Position numbers and translations under genes: made by a program
Part shown: piece by piece, positions 1-12,100 of the stretch
How positions within the stretch are numbered: position 1 is the first letter of the stretch
Layout of the letters: every line of letters begins with the position of its first letter
Assembly: GCA_903813345.2 (NCBI GenBank)
Contig: CAIIXF020000001.1
Location: 43,152,001-43,216,000 of the forward strand
DNA from: Owenia fusiformis
Taxonomy: Eukaryota
Length of the DNA stretch: 64,000 nt
Direction: 5' to 3'
Notes under the pieces: generated by a model
Told to the model about the DNA's origin: nothing
The model's database searches: none
The model's input: the letters and a program-made list of their open reading frames with translations, nothing else

Positions 1-162
1 ACTCTTTAGGCACAATGTTGTAAGTGTTATATGCATTTGAGATAATTTACAGTGCATTAATATGTGCATTAATTTGTTTTATTAATTTTCCTCATAAATG
101 TGAAAATGTTCCTGTAAAAATGCAATTCTGTAGTTGCTTTACTTCGCCATATTTTGTTGCAG

Positions 163-3100
163 GCATTGCCCTCATTCACTTTAGCCTGGTAGATTGGAGA
201 GGTAACCCTGTACAGTTGATCTCATCTCCCAAGCCATCGCCTCTAGCATATAAAGACATCATAGATGCAACAGTGTTTGAGAGCATGATTGCTACCACTA
301 TATATGAAAGAGACCCAAAGTCTAAAAGACCTGGTAAGTTTTTTATACGGTTTGCATTCTCCAAATACCAACTGGAATATATGTCTCCAAATACCAACTG
401 GAATATATGGTTCTATTATAGGTATCCATTGTGTATTCGTATTATGGATGAATTTATGTACTTTTAATATTACATGACTGTTATATTAGAAGCTTTACAT
501 TGTAATCTATAAATGACATATTACTTTTTGGTCAAGTAGCTCATCATACTTTTTCTTCTTAAATGTCATGAAACATTTATTCTATAACCTTAATTAATTC
601 ATGCAATAGAAAGATGGTTATTTACTATTATCCTGCACTTAGTGTACTATATGTATAATAACATCAAAAAATAAATTTGATATCTATTGGTGAAATAAAT
701 ATCCAGAGGATATCGCCACGATATACTCCGGGAAACCAATATGCGGAGGATATTGTGACGATTTACTCCGGGAAACCAATATGCAGGGATATTGTGACGA
801 CATACTCCGGGAAACCAGTATGCGGAGGATATTGTGACGATATACTCGGAGAAACCAATATGCGGAGGATATTGTGATGATATACTTTGTTGTTGATTTC
901 ACGCAAAATTGAACTCTATTGACATGAAATTTATTTTTCAATGATGTTAAACATTTAGTATTCACTACTAGTAAGTGTAGGATAATAAAAACATCCTATA
1001 ATTTTTTCAGAATATCATTTTAATCTACTCGGTGATATTGATATATGCACTTGTTCGCTTCACTCTCTAAAAATGATATTCCTCAAAATCATAGGATATC
1101 CTATAAATATGAGTTTTATCCCCAAGAACAATATGATATTGACCACAAGAAAGTGCAGCGACAGAGTGTCATAGCATTCAAGAGGAACAAAAAAACAGTC
1201 AATATCATTCAGTCATATTTGGAGTCCTTTCTTATTTTGGATGTTATGATGGAATGCATTTATGGAATAATATATATCTCCTTTGTAGGTCCAACATCTC
1301 TAGTACAGTTCAGCATCTGGGAAACGGGAGATGTAGGCCTCCCTCAGCTTACAGACCGCATTATGTCTTCATTGAAACATGCAGCTTGCGATATCATACA
1401 AGAGTATAGACTGTTAACTGTACCAATATGTGAAGTTCCACAACATTATGCCAAAGACTTAGATTCACCATTTCACTCAGCTCCTCCCTCTCCATCTGCC
1501 AATATGAGTAAGTCACTAAAATTTAAGAATATCGAAATTTCACAAGATGTAAGATTCTGACCTTTGAATATTGTGAATTGTATATTTATGACACATGTTT
1601 TCTGCTAGTAGGTGGTAGTGAGACGTTAATGAGTGCTAAAACCCCAAACTTGGCTGTGATGAGCGCACGTCCAACTTCTCATCAGGGCTTCTTCGATGAT
1701 GATGTCACAGATATACTGAACCGTAGTCGAACCAACCTTCGACAGGAAGTCCTAGAGGTGACAACTTATTTCATCTTTGTTTCAAATTATCAGTTTGAAC
1801 TAGCTTTATTTTCTTCTTATCTTCTTAGTTGCATTGATACATCTCCTTGTTGCATGACTTAGATATGGCTTATACAGCTCAAGAGAGCATTCTTGATAAA
1901 TAGTATACTGTATCATTAAGTTTTATTTTCTCCCTCAGGAGCAGGATGAGAGTATCGCATCTAGAGACTCCCAGAGGAGCAATGAACTGAGACTGAAGGC
2001 CCAGATGTACGAAACAGGAGAGAAAGGGGCACTTCACCAGTATTTTTTCACAATCTTACCCGAATGGCTGAACTTTTGTAAAAAACTAGGTAAACATATT
2101 GTAAATATTATTATAAATGGAAAAGTGTTCACAACCTTCCAAGGTATTCATGTTTGCTTGAGTATTCACATAAATACTGAAGAAAATACTTGGATTTGAA
2201 ATATTTATTGGTTTTTCTAAACCTCTCATCACAATTAAGCACAGACCATATACATGTATATATACACTTGTATATGATAGCTCTTCAGTTGTTACACCAA
2301 GCCTTAACAATGAATTTTAGGTTCCTGAATTCTCAAAAGCTGCATGAGACCCCCACTACATGTATGTTTACACAAGTTTAATTCTACCATAGGTTCCCCA
2401 TGTGTTGAGACAAGTACCCAATGTTCGCTGATATCCCGTTACTCTGTAGAGTTAGTTCTACGGGAAATGCAACATATCATCACAAACCTCTGTGCTGATT
2501 CTGCTCCTCGTGTTTTCCGCATGATTGACAGTGGTGGCCAGGAGGGGGAGCCACTGTACATGCCATATAACCCTATGAGGATGCCACTTGTAAGTTCTTG
2601 TATTTTATGAGAAATCAGAAAAACAAACCAAATTAAAGGACCAAAAATAATATGAAGCAATGACTACATTCATTAATTGTAATTATTAGTTCCGCCTTCA
2701 TTTTTGGGATTATTTTAATTCACTAACTTATCATGCTTTTATCTTTCAGAACTCAGACCTGCTTGAAAGTAGCTTTGACAGGTTCACTAACTTGCAAGCT
2801 CCGGGCAAAATTCTCAATTATGTTCTGGTTGGTCGAAATGTCAGCCAATGGCGTAACTCTATTGATTATGTGGAAGCTGATGATGAAGTCAGTATTGGTT
2901 TCAGTAGATGTAAGTGAAAGTTACATTTGTTACACTTATCAGTACATGCAGGAGATGTAAGTGAAAGTTACATTTGTTACACTTATCAGTACATGCAGGA
3001 GATGTAAGTGAAAGTTACATTTGTTACACTTATCAGTACATGCAGGAGGTTTTGAATAAAATTGAATTCAAAAAGGTAAAACGGTAGAATTGGTAGAGTT

Positions 3101-6100
3101 TTCATCATATTTATATTCATCCCCTCTTTATTTAACAGATGCACATGTATTTAAGAATAGAAGAGTCTGTTTAGGGGATTACATAGAAATTAATTTTAAT
3201 TTTTCTAGCTATTAAATCCATCCAGAAATTCAAGCCTCTTGTTGATTGGAGTCTGGAGGCATCTACCAGTAGCCTAGGGTCATACAGTGCAGGACCTGCC
3301 CCATTCTCTGGAGGTTCTCTAGCAGGAGGGAAGGCATTTGTGCCCAGACAAAGATTGGTTCTACTTACAGTCAAGGACACTCAGGTATGTTCAGTGTTAA
3401 AGGGCTTTTATTCATTCTTTATTTATTTGTTAATTTTGGGAGTTTAAAGGGACCCAACACCATGGTCACATGATCAGTCGTGTGGAGGTAAGCTCCCAGT
3501 TGAAATAAAAGCACTGTCCTCCTTTGGTTTCTGTGAAAAGTAGCTAATACCCTCATGTATTGGTCAGTTTGTGTGTCACACGACTAATCCATACCATATG
3601 CTTCATTCAACATATTTTATGCTATTGAGCTGCATATATAAACAGTACTTTGCAACTAAGGTCATACAGTATACTTACCCCTTGCAAATTGTAATTTATT
3701 GAATTCACAGTAAACCCATCAATTTTTAAGAAAACAAAGAATATTGCTCTCATGGATCTATTATTTATGTTAGACTAACTATGAAAATATAAATATGAAA
3801 TAATATGTTAGCTTGAAGTCATATATAAGATGAAAATATATGTTCATGCATTTGCATTTTTCCAAAGGGAATATTCCCATGTAAGTAAATACAGGTGCAA
3901 TATATAATTTATATGTATATCTATGTCATCTGTCTATACATGCGCGTATAGCCTAGTGTTACATGTGAACAAGATGGTTCTGGAAAGAAATGAGCGTGGC
4001 AGATTTGCTAAAAAGCCACATACACCACAAAAGCAAGACCAATTTGAAAGTAAGTTCATTATTCTCAAGGGTACACTCCAAGTGAAAGCTACATTGCTAC
4101 AGGGTGGCCTATTATTCTGAGACAAATGTATTATCCAACGATTGTGATTTTCGAAGCTAAAATGTGATATCTTGAGCAGATGGAAATACATTCCCATGAG
4201 ATATGTATATATAGTCAAAAGTGATAACTATTTATTGAGTGTAATGAAATGTATCCTTCGCTAACTGCTTTTGTTTGAGATAATTATCATGAAATATTTT
4301 TAAATTAATTTTTATGTGTGTCATTGATCCTAATCCACCCTGTAGTCTGGTGTTTGTAGAGCATTGCGACTCGTACAACTTATTCTCACAAATATCAAAC
4401 CTCATTTACTAATTAATTTTTTGTGTGAATATGAAGAGTCCAAGCATTGCTTTTTTATTTTTATTGTATAGCTATATTTAGCCTTGATATCCATGATTTT
4501 TTAAAACAAAATCTCACCGTTAGATTTCAAGCTATTCATGTTTACTCATTTGTCTAATTGGAAAACAATGCAAATCTCATTTTTTCAAAAGAAAAAATTG
4601 AAATTCTAAGACGGTGAAAATCATTAAAAAATACACAGATTCAGCATTTTCCCTTATTCCTCTCCGTTAAGAAGTTTTGTAAGGTGTTGGGTCCCTTTAA
4701 AAGCACTCGGATAAACAGATAATTGTTTTTAGGAATTATTTGCAAAATTAATTCATAAAAGTGCAGTACCATTCTTCAGAACTATTTTATTTGGTTTGGT
4801 ATTGTGCAGGTGTCAAATAGATTTTCTCCCCTCTTAGCTTTAACATCCACATAATGTTGCATAACATTTTTGTCTGCATGATATCTGAATTTTTCTTTGG
4901 CACATTGAATCTAGGCTTCATGTAGCAACTCCACCAGAAGATTCACATGTACTGTACTCTAAATATTCACTCTATCATCATGTGACTGCAACGTTTGACT
5001 TTTTATCGTACCTAACAAGAGGTACGATATTGTAGTCAGCTTGACGGGCGGCGGGCGGCGGAAGGGTGGCGGGCGGCGGGCGGCGTCTCACTTTTCAGCT
5101 TGTCTACAGGTTTCCAGCCAAACCATTTGAGGGATTCGTCTGAAATTTTCAGGGATGTTTCTACATATCAACGTCAAGAACTGATTAGTTTTTGGGCATT
5201 CTGGGTAAATTTTAAGGTGGCCATTTTGGATTTTCCGTCCTAAAATCTTTACTTTCAAGACTTGTCTACAGGTTTCCAGCCAAACCTTTTGAGGGATTCA
5301 TCTGAAATTTTCAGGGATGTTTCTACATATCAACGTCAAGAACTGATCAGTTTAAGGGCATTCTGGTTAAATAAGGTGGCCATTTTGGATTTTCCATCTT
5401 AAAATCTTTACTTTCAAGACTTGTCTACAGGTTTCCAGCCAAACCTTTTGAGGGATTCATCTAAAATTTTCAGGGATGTTTCTACATATCAACGTCAAGA
5501 ACTGATTAGTTTTTGGGCATTCTGGTTAAATTTTAAGGTGGCCATTTTGGATTTTCCGTCCTTAAATCTTCACTTTCGAGACTTGTCTACAGGTTTTCAG
5601 CCGAAACCTTTTGAGGGATTCATCTGAAATTTTTAGGGATGTTTCTACATATCAACATATTGGGCATTCTGGGTAAATTTTAAGGTGGCCATTTTGGATT
5701 TTCCGTCCTAAAATCTTCACTTTCAAGACTTGTCTACAGATTTTCAGCCAAACCATTTGAGGGATTTATCTGAAATTTTCAGGGATGTTTCTACATATCA
5801 ACGTCAAGAACTGATTGGTTTTTGGGCATTCTGGGTAAATTTTAAGGGGGCCATTTTGGATTTTCCTTCCTAAAATCTTCACTTTCAAGACTTGTCTACA
5901 GGTTTCCAGCCTAACCATTTGAGGGATTCATCTGAAATTTTCAGGGATGTTTCTACGTATCAATGTCAAGAACTGATTAGTTTTTGGGCATTCTGGGTAA
6001 ATGTTAAGGCTGCCATTTTAGATTTTCTGTCCTAAAATCTTGTCTATCGAGGCTTGTCTACAGGTTTCCAGCCAAACCGTTCAAATTTTTTACATATGTT

Positions 6101-9100
6101 ACACAGTGATAAGTTCTAGAGCTGATTAACTTTTCTGCGGCCATCTTGCTTTCTTGGTCAACAAGACCACAATGCTGTGTTTTAGGTACGATATTGTTCA
6201 CGTCTGTGCCTTGTTCTATGATACATTTACACTTCAGCTTGAGCTGTATTCCTACAACTGGGCCACCGATATGGCAAAAACACTGGCGAGCAAGTTTTAT
6301 AGGCTAGTCCAGTGGCACAAGGCACGTTCCTACCTGCTTAACAGTATCGTGAGTCAGAAAATGGGACTATTTCACCACCAGAAACTGCAGAATGCATTAA
6401 AGGTAAAGAAACTTCATGTCAAATAAATATCACGAGAGCACACAAATAATTGGAAGGTTATGAACCATTAACCTTTTCACTACATGTCATGTACACTCTT
6501 CAATCTAGTCATACTAAGTCAAATTACAGTTGACCAGAATCCAGCTACCCAATCGAAATAGTAGTCATTAAATGTTATGCTTTCATTCGTATTAGAAATA
6601 CTAGAATTAAGATTCTCAAACAGCCATTTTATTGTCCCAAATAGATTAATGAAATTGCATGGGTCTTAGAAATTGTCTCAGAATTGCCACGAGATTGTAT
6701 CTAATTACCATGAGATTGTACCCAATTGCTACGAGATTATACTTAATTGTCACGGGAGTGTACCTTATTGCCACAAGATTGTACCCAATTGCCATGAGAT
6801 TGTACCCAATTGCTATGAGATTATACTTAATTGTCACAGGAGTGTACCTAATTGCCACGAGATTGTACCCAATTGTCACAAGACCTTATCCAATTGCCAC
6901 AATTGTACCCAATTGCCAAAATGTGATACCCACTTCTACCCAGTCTGTCCCTTAACTCAATAAATGCTTTGACATATCCATATCCCATGACATGACAGGT
7001 TATTAATCAAGTACACAAAGATCAACTGTCAATGAGAAAAATACTCTCAAGAACCCAAGAAGGTGTTCAGAAATGTGCAAGGAACACAGGAGACTGCTTA
7101 TTTATGTAGAAAGCATCCTAATTAAAAAAAAAACTGGATATAATAGAAATTAGAAAGTAGGAATTAAATATTAACATGTAGGTTTCTGATATTATTTGGT
7201 TTTTGTGAAACATAAAGCTCTTTATAATGATAAACCATATGATGTTTTGTAGGATAGTTCATTCAAAGAGTGTCCAGGAGAGGTGGATATGCTAGTCAAG
7301 TACACATCACCTGAAGCTAAAGACAAAGAGAAGGCAAGGAGCAGACAAGGTACACTTACTGTAGTGCATTCTGCGAACTGTATGTCTAACTGACAATTAG
7401 AAGCCATCTTGGGAGATCTTTTTCAAAAATCTTCTTTCTTTGCCTGAATATTGAAGGAAAAATGAAATGCAAATGTTTTGATGTGGAAAAGGATTAATTT
7501 CCAGATTCACATGTTTTGGAAAAAGTATTCTGAATATTAAAGAATTATTGTTTGATTTTTGATAATTCTAGAATCATATTTTTCAGAAAATATACTTTGT
7601 TTCCTTAAATATACATGTTAAGCAGTAGTTTCTGTCATTCCAGTGTCAGGAAGTGGTGGTATGTTCGGCTATGGCCACCCTGGCCTGCACTCATATGATC
7701 AGGTCCTTATGAATAGCAAGCCTACTAAACCCATGCATAAGATGCCCTATGGTAACTATAGAGACCTTGTTCATCGCCATGGCAACCAGCTACTGGAGGT
7801 GAAACATGTTGATCAAAAAGGTACAGTTATAACATATTGGCAGATTACAGAATTTTTGTTTACCATAAGGCGGTATTTAGAAACATCATTATCAGCTTTT
7901 GCATCTTCAGAATGTTTTCTTTCATGGCTAGTGTGATTGGATTGTGATTTTGAATTCTGATGACTTCATCAGAAAGCATTATGTCTTGCACACATCTTGT
8001 ACACATCATTTTTTACATAATTTGCCCTTAAATTAAGTCATCATTATACAATTTCTGCAAAATGGCTTATAACCTATCCAGCAAAGCCAATCATAAGTTT
8101 TATAATTTTATACTTAATAGTATTGTACAGAAATACAAAGTAAATTAATAAATTATTTGATATAATAATTTGATAGTTTATTATGTCACCACCAAAAGTG
8201 GTGACATATTGTTATGGTCTCCGTTTTTTTGCGACGGCGGTTGGCGTCCGGCGGTTGGTGGTTGGCGTCCGGCGGTTGGTGTCCGGCGGTTGGCGTCTGT
8301 AACAATTTCTTACAACTTCCTATAACTTAACAAATACTGTTTAGACTGACTTCAATTTTTTTCTAAATCATCTACATGTTCTCAGAAGTTCAAATCTGAC
8401 TTTAGATTTGACATTTGACCTTCAATGACCTTCTCAAGGTCAAAAAGGTCTTTTTTCAACTTGCTTCACATTGACTAAATTTTTTTTCAAAATCATCTAC
8501 ATGTTCTCAGAAATTCAAATCTGACTTTAGATTTGACATTTGACCTTCAAATCTGACTTTAGATTTGACATTTGACCTTCAATGACCTTCTCAAGGTCAA
8601 AAAAGGTCAAGAAGGTCTGTTTTCAACTTGCTTCAAATTGACTAAATTTTTTTTTCAAAATCATCTATGTGTTCTCAGAAATTCAAATCTGACTTTAGAT
8701 TTGACTTAAGATTTGACATTTGACCTTCAATGACCTTCTCAAAGTCAAAAAAGGTCAAAAAGGTCTTTTTTCAACTTGCTTCAAATTGACTAAATTTTTT
8801 TTTCAAAATCATCTACATGTTCTCAGAAATTCAAATCTGACTTTAGATTTGACATTTGACCTTCAATGACCTTCTCAAGGTCAAAAAAGGTCAAAAAGGT
8901 CTGTTTTCAACTTGCTTCAAATTGACTAAATTTTTTTTTCAAAATCATCTACGTGTTCTCAGAAATTCAAATCTGACTTAAGATCTGACTTTAGATTTGA
9001 CATTTGACCTTCTCAAGGTCAAAAAGGTCTGTTTTCAACTTGCTTCAAATTGACTAAAAAAAATTTTCAAAATCATCTACGTGTTCTCAGAAATTCAAAT

Positions 9101-12100
9101 CTGACTTTAGATTTGACTTAAGATTTGACATTTGACCTTCAATGACCTTCTCAAAGTCAAAAAAGGTCAAAAAGGTCTTTTTTCAACTTGCTTCAAATTG
9201 ACTACATTTTTTTTTCAAAATCATCTACATGTTCTCAGAAATTCAAATCTGACTTTAGATTTGACATTTGACCTTCAATGACCTTCTCAATGTCAAAAAA
9301 GGTCAAGAAGGTCTGTTTTCAACTTGCTTCAAATTGACTAAATGTTTTTTTCAAAATCATCTACATGTTCTCAGAAATTCAAATCTGACTTTAGATTTGA
9401 CATTTGACCTTCAATGACCTTCTCAATGTCAAAAAAGGTCAAAAAGATATTTTTTCATCTTGCTTCAAATTGACTAAATTTTTTTTCAAAATCATCTACA
9501 TGTTCTCAGAAATTCAAATATGACTTTAGATTTGACACTTGACCTTCAATGACCTTCTCAAGGTCAAAAAAGGTCAAAAAGGTCTTTTTTCAACTTGCTT
9601 CAAATTGACTAATTTTTTTTTCAAAATCATCTACATGTTCTCAGAAATTCAAATCTGACTTTAGATTTGACATTTGACCTTTAATGACCTTCTCAAGGTC
9701 AAAAAAGGTCAAAAAGGTCTGTTTTCAACTTGCTTCAAATTGACCAATTTTTTTTTCAAAATCATCTACATCTTTTCAGAAGTTCAAATTTGACTTTACA
9801 AGTTCTCAGAAATTCAAATCTGACTTAAGTTTGAACTCATAATATTGTGAGCAACTAGGTGGTGACATTTTGTCATGTTAATGCCTTGTATTATTTCTGT
9901 CCTTAGAGCTGGATAAACAGATGAAGCTAGAAAACCTGTATGTGATGTGGCAACAAAGAGCAGGTCATGCTGGGCTCCCTATTACTGAAGACATGTTGGA
10001 ATTACTGAAACAGTCATCAAGACTAGTACACTATGTGGCCACACCATTGCTGTTCAGTCCTCACTGGCGCAAAGAAGTAGGCTGAATTTTTATTCATAAT
10101 GTTAAAATGTTACACACAACATTTTAGAACCCAACTACTCAGGTATATCATTATATAAACATTAGTTAAATCCTAGTTAATGATTTAATGTTTACCTTTC
10201 AGGTGACAAAGATATTCATGTAGTGTACTACATGATATTTAGAACCCAAATAATCTGCTACACCGCCCAGTCCAGTCCAGTTTATATAAACAACCAGTCC
10301 ATTAAGTGTAGTTAAACCCTAGTTAAAGACATAATGTTCTCTTCCAGGTGATGGGCCTGAGGAAGCCTCAAGGGGTCGTCCCCCAGCAGGCTGCCCCCAT
10401 ACACCCTGAGGTCCCAACACCAGCCCCAGCCCCTACCAAATCTGTAAGTCTTTACATGTACCTTCCTGTTGAAATGACTTCTTGAAATAAGTAAATTACT
10501 TTTTAGTAATAAGAATTTTAGGATCATATTTGTAAGTATTGTAAAAAGATCATTCTTATCATGGACATCATAAATTTAAGAATGCTTGCAGAAATGCACC
10601 CCTGACTTTGGCCTGGCAATGGAGTGTTCCTATCAAGGCGTGTTGATAAGTTTTGAATAAGTGTAAATTAATAATGGTTCGCCGCAGAGAGTGGTGTTCT
10701 CATATATACAGGGTTTCCACGTTTCAATATATATTAGCCCCAATTTCTGACTCTTCTTAATGCCAACCCTCTATTGATAGAGATCCAGGCACAGTTCAGG
10801 TGCCAGTATAAAGAGTCTGCGCTCAGACAGCTTACAGAGCCTTAACAAGATCAAGCCCCATCTATCTGATGTGCGTAACAGGCACATCCCAGAGGAAATC
10901 TGGCATGGTGAAATAAAAGGAACATTCATGCAGCAGTACATCACTTATGTACAATCCCTGGGCTTCCTACAGATCAGGACAAGAGCTGCTTCTCCTAAAC
11001 GCCTGTAAGATAAACGTTACACTTCATCTTCATTAACAAAGTCAAAGATACACTTTTGAATTTATGCTCTACCAAAATAATTCTATTAGATCAATTTTTC
11101 TTTCTGAATTTAAAGCACAGATAGTAAGATAGTAAGGGGGTCATCATTTTAACTGACAAAAACATTTAGAAATATTTCAAGTTTAAATCTTGTAATACTT
11201 TTGCTTACAAGGTCCCGTCACATGAGGCCAGTGAGTGGTGCTGACCAGAACAGACGCAAGCATCCTTCAGATGATGATAAAGCCAAGTCTAACTCTATCT
11301 ATTTGCAGAAGACACTTCCAGGAGGTATGAAAGACACATGTGCTTGTATTATGTCTTTTATTATGCAATTGTAATTTTCATGTTTTATTGCATAAAGATT
11401 ACAAGTACATTTTTATGTCACCACCAAAAGTGGTGACATATTGTTATGGTCTCCGTTTTTTTGCGACGGTGGTTGGTGGTTGGAGGTTGGCGTCTGGCGT
11501 CCGGCGTCTGTAACAATTTCTTACAACTTCCTATAACTTAACAAATACTGTTTAGATTGACTTCAATTTTTTTCTAAATCATCTACATGTTCTCAGAAGT
11601 TCAAATCTGACTTTAGATTTGACATTTGACCTTCAATGACCTTCTCAAGGTCAAAAAGGTCTTTTTTCAACTTGCTTCACATTGACTAAATTTTTTTTCA
11701 AAATCATCTACATGTTCTCAGAAATTCAAATCTGACCTTAGATTTGACTTTAGATTTGACATTTGACCTTCAAATCTGACTTTAGATTTGACATTTGACC
11801 TTCAATGACCTTCTCAAGGTCAAAAAAGGTCAAAAAGGTCTGTTTTCAACTTGCTTCAAATTGACTAAATTTTTTTTTCAAAATCATCTATGTGTTCTCA
11901 GAAATTCAAATCTGACTTTAGATTTGACATTTGACCTATAATGACCTTCTCAAGGTCAAAAAAAGGTCAAAAAGGTCTGTTTTCAACTTGCTTCAAATTG
12001 ACCAAATGTTTTTTTTCAAAATCATCTACATCTTTTCAGAAGTTCAAATTTGACTTTACAAGATTTGACATTTGACCTTCAATGACCTTTTCAAAAAAGG

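Noticed and set aside
358..409. 2 x 26-bp duplication extending the 24-467 ORF
   Set aside because: Simple intronic tandem duplication; only 163-333 of that ORF is exonic.
6646..6963. Overlapping repetitive ORFs in three frames
   Set aside because: Produced by a 21-bp intronic minisatellite; no splice or homology support.
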